This document shows positions 1-10,348 of a stretch of DNA of 64,000 nt, one piece after another. This DNA comes from Rebecca billardiae RCC1528 (lineage: Eukaryota > Protista > Haptophyta). The notes under the pieces are model-generated. The model saw only the letters and a program-made list of their open reading frames with translations. It ran no database searches and had not been told where the DNA came from. A program made the position numbers and the translations under genes. The DNA is taken from NCBI GenBank assembly GCA_965240325.2, contig OZ251237.1:1178001-1242000 (forward strand), given 5' to 3'. Each line of letters begins with the position of its first letter. Positions within the stretch are counted from its first letter, which is position 1.

Positions 1-357
1 GGAAAAGACGCCGGCGTCGGCGGCGGCTCGGTGTCGGCGGCCGACCTCGTCGGTGGCTCGAGAAGACGGCCAATCACATCACACACGATCCGTCCGGCTG
101 TCCTGACGAGCAGCCGGTTCTTGCAAAGGTGAGCCGCGCGCGCGATGACGCCATCGTGGAATTCTTGACGTAATTTCCGCCAGCTTTCGAATCCAACTGC
201 CCCGTCACTCCCGTCGTCTGACAGCCGCCAGTCAAGCGGAGCCCGGAGGACGCGGGCGGCTCTCACCCGCGAGAACGGGCACGAGAACGGCGTGGCGCGT
301 GCCGAGACGCTGGCGCGCGAGACCGACCACACCCAGCCGCCCGTGCGATCCAGTGTC

Positions 358-1201
358 ATGCCAAAGCCCAAACCACTCGCGAGGGCCGGCTCGCTCTGGA
401 ACCACGCCCTCGCGATGTGCGAGAAGGAGTTCCCCGACGTGTACAACCTCCTCCGGCCCGTGATTAGCGCGGAGGTGCACGAGCTGCACGACTACTACAA
501 TCTCGCCTGTCTACCAGTCATCGTGGGCTGGGCGCTCTATTTCATCCAGACGGGGAGCGGCTTCACCACATTCGCGACGCTCACGTACGCCTACTTCATC
601 GTCGACTGTCTCTGGGTGATCCTCAAGCCGTCGTGCGTCAAGTCGCCGGGCGTGATTGTCGGTCATCACGTGCTCACGATGTTGTACATTCTGATCCCCG
701 TCGCGTATCCCGCGCTGCGGCTTTACATGGTGCGCGCGCACAACCCACACCCTCAACACACCCAGGCTTCAGTTGACACAGTTGAAGGAATAACACACTA
801 CACAGCCCAGGCACCCTCCAGCCCATGTGGACTGATCTGTGTGACCAACGCTGTCGCCCCGCGCGTGCCGCTGCCCTCAGGCGGAGTGCCTCCTCGTCGA
901 GGTGAACACGTTCTTCCTCATCCTGCGGAGACTATGGCACGTGCCGCCCGTGAGCGTGTGCTTCTACGCCACGTGGATCGGCATCCGCCTCGTGCTCTAC
1001 CCGTACCTCATCTGGGAGTTCTGGCTGCTCTACTATGGGCAGATGCGACAAGGGCACTACCTGCACCCGTTCATCTTCTGCCCGGTCTTCCAGACCATCC
1101 TCACGCTCTTGAACATCAAGTGGACAATGGATCTCGTGAAGCGCAAGCTCAAGACGATGCGCGACCCGAATGGCAAGGAGGCGGTGGAGAAGGGGCTGTG
1201 A
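358..1201 (+). CDS. TLC (TRAM/LAG1/CLN8) domain membrane protein; 2 exons (358-729, 881-1201)
   Basis: Hydrophobic helices with YFIVDCLW, VIVGHHVLT and spliced LYM|AECLLVEVNTFFLILRR plus TWIGIRL, typical TLC motifs; intron 730-880 GTGCGC...CTCAG joins ORFs 292..1368 and 902..1201 in frame. Confidence 0.8.
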
Positions 1202-2136
1202 GTCGCGTGTCGCTGCGACTCTGCGGCGGCTCCGGCCGCGGCGCGGGCAATGGGCCGGGAGTCGCCATATTGCCCGCGGCGGGTGCCAATGGCGGCTGCC
1301 TTTCCGTGTGTGCGGCGGCCGCGGCTGGAATTTCACACTGGTACCGCACAGGTCCCAGCAGGTTGTAATATTTGTAAACACACACCGGGCCCATCAGGGG
1401 GGCCTGGCCAGGCAGCAGCAGTGAGCAGACAGCAGTCCGCAGTGCGCCTGTGGCCTGGGTTATTGTTAATATTTGTTATTCCATGAGCATGAGCATAAAT
1501 TGAATAGTGATTATTGTCGTAGTATTTTAATTAAGTAGCTTTATATAATATAATATTTATATTAAATATCGCGACGCCGCCAATCTGAATCTGAATCGGG
1601 CACTATTGATTAACTATTGAGTATTGGCGCACAGGTCGTGTCTACTGCGCATTACAGATTGCGCGCGGAATGATTAGTGACCGCGTCAGCACGGCCGGCG
1701 GCCCCACGCAGCACGCTAGTAGTAGCTATATACTATCTATATATATATAGGCTCCCCGGGCCCGCTCTCCCGGTACTCGCTCGGTAGGCGACAGGCCGCG
1801 TTATAATACATGTCAGCTCCGATGACTACTAATATATCATGACGAACTCAGTCGCATCGAATCTAAATCTTACGAGTCGGCCGTGGGCCGCGCAATCCGC
1901 GCCTGATGACTCGGATCCGCCCTGGGCACCACCGATTAGTGCCACAATGCTGTCCGAATTACAATGTTGCTCAACGAAAGACGAATAATCTGCGCGCGTC
2001 GTCGTTCGATGCGCGATAATGTCACTTCGCGCGTCAGAAAGCGCGCGGCGCGGCTCGAACGGCCCGCAGACCGTCGCCACCGCACGGACCGCACCGCCGT
2101 CCTTGCGAGCGAGTAGACAGTAGTGATGGCGCCGCG

Positions 2137-2808
2137 CTACTGGGGCGGCAGCTCAGCAGACGCCTCGGGGAGCGTACCGCGCAGGGCCTTCGCATAGATC
2201 CAGCCAATCGACGTGGCCCCCCACGTGAGCCCGGCGACGACGCCCGCGTCCACGATTGCACGCCACGGGTAGCTCAGGCGCTTGACGGCGGCGACGACGC
2301 ACACCACGGCGAGCGAGACGGTCCAGCTGACGATCTTGCGCTTGCGTGTGGCGTGGAAGAGGCCCATGCTGTAGAAGGGGGCGAGGAGGCCGCGGAAGAA
2401 GCTGTTGTGTCCGCCCTCCTTGCCCAGCGAGAAGGCGCGGGAGACGACGAGCGGCGAGAACTTGAGCTGGAAAGCTTTGTAGCCCTCGACGTACGCCATC
2501 CCGATCACCGCGGCGGCGTAGGCAGCCCAGTGCACCGGGGCGAGGCCGCCTCGGCGGAGCGGCTCGACCGCGATCGGCGCGAGCCGGCCGATCGCATTCG
2601 CCAGGATGCTCATCACGCCGAGCACGCCCCAGTGCGTCGCCGCGCTCGCCGTCGCGGGTGCGCTGCTTGCGCGCGGCAATGCACGCGTCGATTTAGCGAG
2701 CGGCTTGCGAGCCTTCGCGGGGCACGCGGGCGATCCGAACTGGAAGGCGTCAGCCTCGAGCACACATGCCGAGATGAGGCACGCCACGATGAGCCGGCGG
2801 GCGAGCAT
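2137..2808 (-). CDS. Conserved hypothetical membrane protein, probably plastid-targeted
   Basis: ATG at 2808; signal peptide ending ...EADA-FQF followed by an Ala/Ser/Arg-rich transit-like stretch; several TM helices; conserved-looking motifs MAYVEGYKAFQLKFSPLVVSRA, LLAPFYSMGLFHATRKR, PWRAIVDAGVVAGL. Confidence 0.7.
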   Translation of the reverse strand: MLARRLIVACLISACVLEADAFQFGSPACPAKARKPLAKSTRALPRASSAPATASAATHWGVLGVMSILANAIGRLAPIAVEPLRRGGLAPVHWAAYAAAVIGMAYVEGYKAFQLKFSPLVVSRAFSLGKEGGHNSFFRGLLAPFYSMGLFHATRKRKIVSWTVSLAVVCVVAAVKRLSYPWRAIVDAGVVAGLTWGATSIGWIYAKALRGTLPEASAELPPQ

Positions 2809-2947
2809 GGGCCTGCAACGTCCAGGCCGTGCGTGTGTTGGGGGCGGCGGCCGAGCGAAGCGGCGAGCGGCGCAGCGCGGTTCGAGCTGCCACGCGGCGA
2901 CAGCGGTTCCTGAGCGCCGCACGCCGCGAGCTCTGGAGCAACGCACG

Positions 2948-4201
2948 ATGGCCACGGCCCTTGCGATGGCGGCGTCCGCCCTCGCCGTCATCTTAGGTGT
3001 CTCATTTGTCTTAGGTGCCGCGGCGGAGCCGGCGGACGAGGACCCGTCGGTCGTCTTCGCCATCGGCGACCTGCACGGCGACGTCGAATGCGCGCGCCAT
3101 TGGGTGCGTACGTCGGCGCTCGTGCGCAATCTCGACGACGAGGATCCGGCGGCATGGCAGTGGGCGCGTGACGACGCGCGCATCATCTTCATGGGCGACT
3201 ACATCGACAAGGGCCCCGAGGCGCGGCACGTTGTCGAGTTCGTGCGCAACCTGACCACGCGCTTCCCCGGCCGCGTCACCGCGCTCCTCGGTAACCACGA
3301 GCTCAATCTGCTTAACGACCGTGTCAGGCCGGCAGACTCTCCCAAGTACCTCGAGCTGGTGTGGGGCGCGGCGCACCCAGGGCAGTACGCCAGCTGGCTG
3401 CCCGAGCGCGAGCGCGGGGCGGCGAACGTGTCGGCGGCGCTGCAGGCGATCCACACGGCGCTCGTCGAGGTGTACGACCGCGGCCTCTTCCGCTCCACCC
3501 GGCTGAGCGCCGACGCCGGCCGCGCGTCCATCCTCAGCCTCGTGCCCGCGGCGACGCGGCCGCTTGTCGAGCGCGAGCTGCGCCGGTGGCAGCGCGCGTA
3601 CCTCGATGGCGTCGCCACGGGCTCGGTGCTCGGTCGCTGGCTCGAGGCCCGGCCGCTCACGGCCATCGCGGCGGACACGGCCTTCGTGCACGGCGGCATC
3701 CCGCGCGCGTTGCGCGGCGGCGTGCCGTTGAGCCGCGCGGCGCTGCGCGATCTGAACGAGGGGCTGCTGCAGCACAGCACCCAGGAGCTGCTCCCGGACT
3801 TTCTGGCACGCAACCCGGCGGCGCAGGAGCTCGTCGAGTACCGCGGCCTGCATACGGACTGCGCCGAGGTGGCCGACGTGTGCCGCGCTCTGAACGTCTC
3901 GCGCATCGCCGTGGGGCACACCCCGGCGGACGAGGTGCGCTCGCTCTGCGGCGGCAGGCTGCTCGCCCTCGACTCCGCGCTCGGCCGCTGGTTCCGCGCG
4001 TCGGGCAACAGCTACTGCACGGGCTCTGAGGACGGCATCGGCCCTGTGAGCAAAAGCATCGTGTGCCCGCGCAAGCATGCGGAGTGCGAGGGGCAGGTCA
4101 CGGTCTTCACGCGCGCTGCCGACGGCGGCTCGTGGAGCGTGCGCATTGTCGACTCCACTTTCGAGGGCGTGTCCGCCGGGCGCCTCGCAGACGAGCTCTG
4201 A
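2948..4201 (+). CDS. Calcineurin-like metallophosphoesterase, Shewanella-like phosphatase (SLP/Shelph) type, with signal peptide
   Basis: Motifs GDLHGD, GDYIDKG, GNHE, FVHGG, VGHT, LD; hydrophobic N-terminus; ends in ADEL. Confidence 0.85.
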   Translation: MATALAMAASALAVILGVSFVLGAAAEPADEDPSVVFAIGDLHGDVECARHWVRTSALVRNLDDEDPAAWQWARDDARIIFMGDYIDKGPEARHVVEFVRNLTTRFPGRVTALLGNHELNLLNDRVRPADSPKYLELVWGAAHPGQYASWLPERERGAANVSAALQAIHTALVEVYDRGLFRSTRLSADAGRASILSLVPAATRPLVERELRRWQRAYLDGVATGSVLGRWLEARPLTAIAADTAFVHGGIPRALRGGVPLSRAALRDLNEGLLQHSTQELLPDFLARNPAAQELVEYRGLHTDCAEVADVCRALNVSRIAVGHTPADEVRSLCGGRLLALDSALGRWFRASGNSYCTGSEDGIGPVSKSIVCPRKHAECEGQVTVFTRAADGGSWSVRIVDSTFEGVSAGRLADEL

Positions 4202-4438
4202 CGACTCAGTACTCATACAACGGCGGTGAGATTGTCACTGGAGTATAGACTCTGAAGGTGACGGCCGCCATCAGGCGGCCGCAGTGCGCTGATGCACCAA
4301 CGCTGACTACGATCAGTCACTATTTGACAGTCGTCTGCTGAAGCCTGCTGATGCTTTTTATTAGTTTTTATATCGTCAGCAGCATTTATTAGTCAGTGTC
4401 ATCAGGCTGTCTATATTATAAGCTGATGCTGCTGACAC

Positions 4439-4441
<3 letters not shown>

Positions 4442-4523
<82 letters not shown>
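4442..4523. repeat. (TA)n microsatellite, ~41 units
   Basis: Pure TA run. Confidence 0.98.
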
Positions 4524-4524
<1 letters not shown>

Positions 4525-4755
4525 GGTGCGTTATATTATATTCCTGGCGGGATGACAATATCCGCCTGGCGGCTGGCCTCGCCGTGCCACACGGCCCACA
4601 CGCCGCGTGGCCACTCCTGACTCCACGGTGCTGCCGAGGCCCAATCACGCGGCACGGACCGAAGCTGGCGCGGCGGCTGCTGCCCACTCGCCACGCCTGC
4701 GGCGGCTGCGTCGCAGCGGCTGATCGAAGCCGAAGCAGTGGCATGCCTCACAGCC

Positions 4756-7629
4756 TCAGTGACCCTTGGCGCGGAAGAATGCGCTGATCGCGGCGCACGC
4801 GTCGTCGACCGTCTCGAAGCGGCTGAGCGACGGCGCCATCCAGCCGGGCAGCTTGTGCTGCACGCGCGGCGTCGCGTACCGCGCGTCCAGCAGGACGACG
4901 CTCGCGTAGTCCGCCGCGTGCCTGATCACGCGCCCGACGGACTGGTTGACGGCGCGCATGCACAGCGCCTCGTAGTACCGCTGCGCGGGCGTCTGCGCCC
5001 CGCCACCCGCCCGGCCGCCTCCACGCGCGTTCAGGAACGCCATCCGCTCCATCAGCTCCGGGTCGCGCGGGTTTGGGAACGGCAGCCCGACCATCACCAC
5101 GCACCGGCCGAGGTCGTCCGCAAAGTTGATGCCCTCGGACATCTTGCCGCCCACGACGGAGAAGAGCGTGGCGCGGCCGAGCGGCGGGGCAGGCTGCGCC
5201 GCGGAGGCGGGCGAGGGCGCCGCGCCACCGGCGCCGAGCGGCTCGGCAGGCCGGTCGTCAGCGGCCGCCTCCCCGCCGCGCGGCTCCGGCCGGATGGCGG
5301 CGCCGTAGGCGTCCAGGACGGCCTCCACAGCGGCGGCGTCGCGCGGCTCGTCGAACACGGGCCCGTGCGCGCACAGCGCGCGCTCGAGCAGGCCGGTGGC
5401 CGCCCAGCGCGCGCGCGCCTCCGCCGCGTACCCGAACGACGGGAAGAAGACGATCATCCCGCCCGGTGTCGCGGCGCGGAGCCGTCCGAGCGCGCCGCCG
5501 ATCGCGTCGAGCACATCGGGCCTGGAGCGGTTCGCCGCGACGAGCTGCAGCGGCGGGCTGCCCGGCGAGGTGGCGCGCACGCACGCGCCGAGGAGGTTGG
5601 AGGGCGGCACCACGTGCCCGAACCGGCGCACGCGCACGCGCGCCGGCTGCACGGACGAGAGGATCGCGGCGATCAGCTCATCGACCGGCTCCATCGTGCC
5701 GCCCGCGAGCAGCAGAGCGCGCGCTCGCGCCAGCACGGGCGCAAAGTGCACCTCCGGGTTGAGGTGCACGTACTTGACGAAGCCGTGCGAGCTCGGCGGC
5801 TCGGCGGGCGGCGCCGGCCGGCCCGTGCACGGCGCGGCGCCGCCGCTTCCGCCCGCGGCGGGCGGCAGCTCGCGCGGCATGGCGGGCGCCAGGAGCACAC
5901 GCCCGTCCGCCTCGGCCGCGGTGAGCGCGCGCAGCAGGGCGATCACGCTGTAAGTAGCGGAGGCGGAGGGCGCGGCGGCGCCCGCGCCGCCGCCCGCGCC
6001 GACCACGCCCGCGCCGCCCTCCGCCGCGTCCACGAAGCCCTGCACCTTCTTCGCCAGCTCCGACACGGAGCAGAACTGCATGAGCTCGAAGAGGTTGATA
6101 TTGTCCACGCGCAGTTCACACAGGAAGGCGTTCACGCGCAGCACGCGCGTGCCCGCGCCCGCGCCGGCCGCGCCGGCCGCGCCGGCGCTCGCGCTGCCGG
6201 CGGGCGCCGCCGGCGGCGCGGGCGCGGGCGCGACGGCCGCGCGCAGCGCCGACACGACTCGGAGCAGCCGCTTGACCGCCTCGCGGTTGGCGGGGGAGAG
6301 CCGGTCCTCGTAAGTGCGCAGGTACCGGCTGAGCTGCGTGTGCGAGGTGGCGAGCTGCGCGGCGGAGAGCACGATCGAGTGCGCGTCGTTGATCGCGTCC
6401 ACCAGGTTGTGCGCCTCGTCGAAGATCAGCACGCTGCCGTCGATGTTGATCCCGAGCGCCTCGCGCGTCGGCGCGTGCAGCAGGCACGAGTACGGCACGG
6501 CGAGCAGCTGCGCGCCGCGCGACGCGGCGCGCGCGGCGTAGTAGGGGCAGCAGCGCGCGCGCCTGCCCAGCGCGCCGAGCTCCTCCAGATCCGTCGGCTC
6601 GACCAGGAGCCGGTCCCTGAGCGCGCGCGCGCTGTCGCGCGACGCGCCGCCTCGGAACTCGCAGCCGCCGCCGCCCTTGCCGCCGCTCGCCTTGGCGCGC
6701 TGCAGCGTGGCGCACGCGTCGTTGATGCGCGCGGCCGAGCCGAGCGAGCGCACGCGCTCGTTGATGCACAGCTGCTTGCGCGAGCCGAGGCTCACCGTCG
6801 GCACGACCTCGCCGTGCGGCGTGCGGCGCACCTCGGACACGAACTGCGAGAGCTGCGAGTGCGTGCGCGAGCAGTACAGCACCTGCAGCGGCGGCGGCTG
6901 CAGCTCTTCGTCCTCCGGCGCGTGGCGCGGCGCGTGCGCGTCGGCGTCGGCGTCGGCCGCGTCGTCGCTCTCGGCGGCGAGCGCGTCCGCGCCGTGAGAC
7001 CCCGCGCCGCGCCCCGCCCGCTCCACGTCGGCGAGCACGAAACGGTCGTCCGCCGCCGCGGCGGCGGCAGCAGCGGGCGGCCGACCGGCTGGCTCGCGAT
7101 TCGGGTGCGGCACGTTCTCAGCGCCGCTGCCGGCGGTGTCGATGGCTGGGCGCTCGAAGAGGGGGCGAGCCTTGCGCACGCGCTTGAGCTGCCGCGCGCG
7201 CTGCTCGGCCAGCAGCTCGCGCGCGTGCTCGCGCTGCCGCCGCTTCATGTCGCGCGCGGTGCTCTCCACCCAGTCCGGCTCCGCGGCGGCTGCCGGCGCG
7301 GACGAGTCAGCTGGGTCGGCGTCGCACTCGTCCTCGTCCTTCGCGAGCCGGTCCTGGAGCCAGGTGAGCGCCGAGCAGATGAGCGAGAGCGACTTGCCTG
7401 CGCGCAGTACCGGACGGGGATCGCACGCCGCGTGCGCGCGCGCGCCCCATCTGTCGCGCCTGGGGGCCGCGCGGGCAGGCGCCGCTCGCGCGCGCACGCC
7501 CGCACCCGTGCCGGTCGGCGACTCGAAGATGCCGACGCCACCTTCTTCGAAGAGCGCGTAAGCCTGGCGCATGAAGTCCTGCTGGATCTCGTACGGCTCG
7601 AACGGGTGGCCCCAGCCATTGGACGCCAT
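4756..7629 (-). CDS. DDX11: DDX11/Chl1 (XPD-family Fe-S) DNA helicase; one in-frame intron 7398-7505
   Basis: PFEPYEIQQDFM, GIFESPTGTG|KSLSLIC (Walker A split by intron), YCSRTHSQLSQF, CPYY, IFDEAHNL, LAGGTM, VFFPS, VVGGKMSEGINFADDLGRCVVMVGLPFPN, CMRAVNQSVGRVIRH. Confidence 0.95.
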   Translation of the reverse strand: MASNGWGHPFEPYEIQQDFMRQAYALFEEGGVGIFESPTGTGAGVRARAAPARAAPRRDRWGARAHAACDPRPVLRAGKSLSLICSALTWLQDRLAKDEDECDADPADSSAPAAAAEPDWVESTARDMKRRQREHARELLAEQRARQLKRVRKARPLFERPAIDTAGSGAENVPHPNREPAGRPPAAAAAAAADDRFVLADVERAGRGAGSHGADALAAESDDAADADADAHAPRHAPEDEELQPPPLQVLYCSRTHSQLSQFVSEVRRTPHGEVVPTVSLGSRKQLCINERVRSLGSAARINDACATLQRAKASGGKGGGGCEFRGGASRDSARALRDRLLVEPTDLEELGALGRRARCCPYYAARAASRGAQLLAVPYSCLLHAPTREALGINIDGSVLIFDEAHNLVDAINDAHSIVLSAAQLATSHTQLSRYLRTYEDRLSPANREAVKRLLRVVSALRAAVAPAPAPPAAPAGSASAGAAGAAGAGAGTRVLRVNAFLCELRVDNINLFELMQFCSVSELAKKVQGFVDAAEGGAGVVGAGGGAGAAAPSASATYSVIALLRALTAAEADGRVLLAPAMPRELPPAAGGSGGAAPCTGRPAPPAEPPSSHGFVKYVHLNPEVHFAPVLARARALLLAGGTMEPVDELIAAILSSVQPARVRVRRFGHVVPPSNLLGACVRATSPGSPPLQLVAANRSRPDVLDAIGGALGRLRAATPGGMIVFFPSFGYAAEARARWAATGLLERALCAHGPVFDEPRDAAAVEAVLDAYGAAIRPEPRGGEAAADDRPAEPLGAGGAAPSPASAAQPAPPLGRATLFSVVGGKMSEGINFADDLGRCVVMVGLPFPNPRDPELMERMAFLNARGGGRAGGGAQTPAQRYYEALCMRAVNQSVGRVIRHAADYASVVLLDARYATPRVQHKLPGWMAPSLSRFETVDDACAAISAFFRAKGH

Positions 7630-7842
7630 GGACTTGCCCCCCGCGCGTCTACGCCGTGTGCACGCGACGAACTTGACCAACGGTCTCCGCGTGCCGGAGC
7701 GCAAGGCCTCCCGCCGCCGCCCGTGCTGGTGAGTCGATCAACCGTGCTGTGCCGCCAATCCGGCGTACTGTAAGTGTCCGGGCGCGAAAAGCTGCGGCCC
7801 TGGTCTGATTGCGTGTGATCGCGCGCCGTCACAATCAGCGCC

Positions 7843-9391
7843 ATGCTCGCCGCACGCCGCGTGATCCGCGTGGTGCCGGCGGTGACCCGCCGCGCGCTGT
7901 CGTCAGCCGGGCAGGGGGCGTCGTCCTCCAGCTCGTCGGGCATCAGCGCGCCCATGCTCCTCGCGGGCACCGGAGTCGCGATGGGCGTGGCGGCGATTGC
8001 GGCGTCGGGTGTCGTGGGTGGCGGCGCGGACGCGGACGCAAAGGGCTCGCCGCAGCTCGAGGAGCTGACGAAGCGCCTCACGCAGCTCGAGGTGGACTTC
8101 GCGGGTAAGACCAACTCCGCCTTCGTCTTCGTCAAGCCGCACGCGTGCAACAAGGCGGTGATCGAGCTCGTCAAGGAGAAGCTGAACGCTGCCGGGATTC
8201 GAATCACCTCTGAGGGCGAGCTGAGCGCGAGCAAGATCGACAAGGACATGCTGATCGACACGCACTACGGCGCGATCGCGTCGAAGGCGGTGAAGCTCAA
8301 GCCCGCCGAGCTCAACGTGCCCGCCAAGGGGCAGGCCGACTTCCAGAAGATGTTCGGCATGTCGTGGGAGGACGCCCTCAAGAAGGGCGTCGTGTACAAC
8401 GCGGCCGACGCGTGCACCAAGCTTGGCGTCGACGCGTCCGGGCTCGACGCCAAGTGGTCGAAGCTCGCGCGCGGGACCAGCCTGCTCAAGTTTGGCGGCG
8501 GATTGTGCGCGCCGCCGCCGGCGCGGCGCGCGACCGCGACCGCTCCCGCCTCCCCGCGCCGCAGCCCAGCGCGCGCCTCCTCCAAGGTACTCAGCACGCG
8601 CGCCCCCCTCCCCGCCCCTCGGGCCCGCCTGGCGGCTGACCGGCCGGCAGCTACTGCGGCAAGGTGGACGACATCTACGTGATCAACGGGTTTTACATGT
8701 CCATGCGCGCCGCGTACACCACGCCGCCTGCCACGCTGCACTACTTCACCGTGCAGTGGCCCACCGACTCGCTGAGCTGGAGCGATTTCCGCAGCAACGT
8801 GCGTCGCGCCCAGCAGGCGACGCGCCGACACGCGTCGCGCCGCCGCGCCGGGCCCGGCTCGTGCGCATCGCAGGGGGTGCTGGCAGTGTTTCGCCGATCG
8901 TCGGGCGGCCACGAGTGCACGCGATGGATGGCGCCTTGGCGCACGCTCCGCCACTCACCACGCCGACCCCCCTCGCACGCTGGCGCCCTGCGCTGTGCCC
9001 TGACGGCCGCGCGCCCGGGCGGTGCCCGCAGGTGCTGGGCGCCACCAACCCGGCTGAGGCGGCGGTGGGCTCTGTGCGGAGAGAGATTCTGGAGAAGTTC
9101 ACGGAGCTCGGCCTCGCGAGCAAGCCGAACACCGGCGAGAACGGCGTGCACGCCTCCGCGTCGCCCTTCGAGGCGCTCGCCGAGCGGATCAACTGGACGG
9201 GCGCCACGATCAGCTCGGACCCGTTTGGCCGCGGGATGCTCGCCGCCGGCGTGCCCGCAGAGACGATCAAGGCCTGGGCGGACGACCCGCAGGTCTCGCT
9301 CGGCGGGCAGCGCGGCTCGCTCTTCGATCTGCTGGAGGACGTGGACGCGGACACGGTGCTCAGCATGAGCGCCAAGATCAAGCCGGCCTAG
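7843..9391 (+). CDS. NDK: Nucleoside diphosphate kinase (long, insertion-containing type) with mitochondrial-like presequence; exons 7843-8504, 8651-8798, 9032-9391
   Basis: NSAFVFVKPHA, LIDTHYGAIA, KFGGGF|YCGK, YVINGFY, W.DFR.N|VLGATNP, NGVHASASPFE (phospho-His motif); GT-AG introns 8505-8650 and 8799-9031 restore frame. Confidence 0.9.
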
Positions 9392-10348
9392 GCTAGCCAC
9401 CGACACCGCTCGCTGCGCCGCACACTGCGCTGTGCCGCACGGGCACACTGCCCACGGCCGCTGATCACGGATCACTTCTTCAGCATCCACATTGTCATAT
9501 GCAACTCACGGAATGCACCGGTGGCGGTGTTGGCAATGGAAACGTCACGACTGGACAACTCCCAACTACTCGTGCCTCGGGATCGACTCGTCCCGACCGG
9601 AGTCTCGCGATCTCGTCGCCGCCGCGCCTTACAGTTACGTGCTCGCTAGAGTTCTGCTGCAACGGCCGCGCTCCGGGCAGCACGCAGTACGGACGGTCGG
9701 ACGGATGATGTCACCATTGTCGCCAGTCGGCCGAGTCGGCGACGCCGACCATATATCACTACTAGCAGTCAGATTGATATCATGACTCATGTGGCGACGA
9801 CTCATGCCAAGACGCCGTACGTACTACGTACCGCGCTGTGGCACGGCGGGGGGCGGGGCGCCGCAGGCAGATATGGCCGCGCGGACCCGGCGAGCACTCC
9901 GGGTGTCATCGACATCAGTCGTGCGTCAGTATATATAGCGCTACATCCGATCATCACGACATATATATATATGCATCATCATCATCACAATTCGCGATCA
10001 TCACAATTCACATCATCGATCATCACGCAGCAGACAGACATCAGCACGACCGAGTCCGAGTCCCGGCTGAAATATATACGAACTCACTGCAATAATCGTC
10101 AGGCTGGCAATCTGAGCAGCCGCCATGCGCGGCCATGCGCTGGCGGTCACGCGTGACGCGACATCCGTGATCCGGCGGTATTAATTGGTACGACGGTAGC
10201 TAGTGATGAGTACCGTGACAGTAGTGGTCATCAATAATCAGCACTGCTACCCTGCTGTCCCTGTACTCTGTAGACTGCTCCGATGACACTGTACACTGAC
10301 GACCGGCAGCGCGCTTCGAGTCGTTTGGAGCTCAGGCAGCTCAGCCAG

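Noticed and set aside
4376-4744. ORFs with (YI)n runs (also 28789-29409)
   Set aside because: Translation of (TA)n microsatellites
4738-7773. 1011-aa + strand ORF and similar long Arg/Ala-rich ORFs (10283-13033, 14928-17285, 21996-23537, 56477-57913)
   Set aside because: Antisense or shadow frames of real genes, caused by high GC and few stop codons
9480-10200. Short ORFs and ATC/CAT-rich stretch between NDK and NEK
   Set aside because: No motifs, non-coding composition; likely UTR or intergenic sequence
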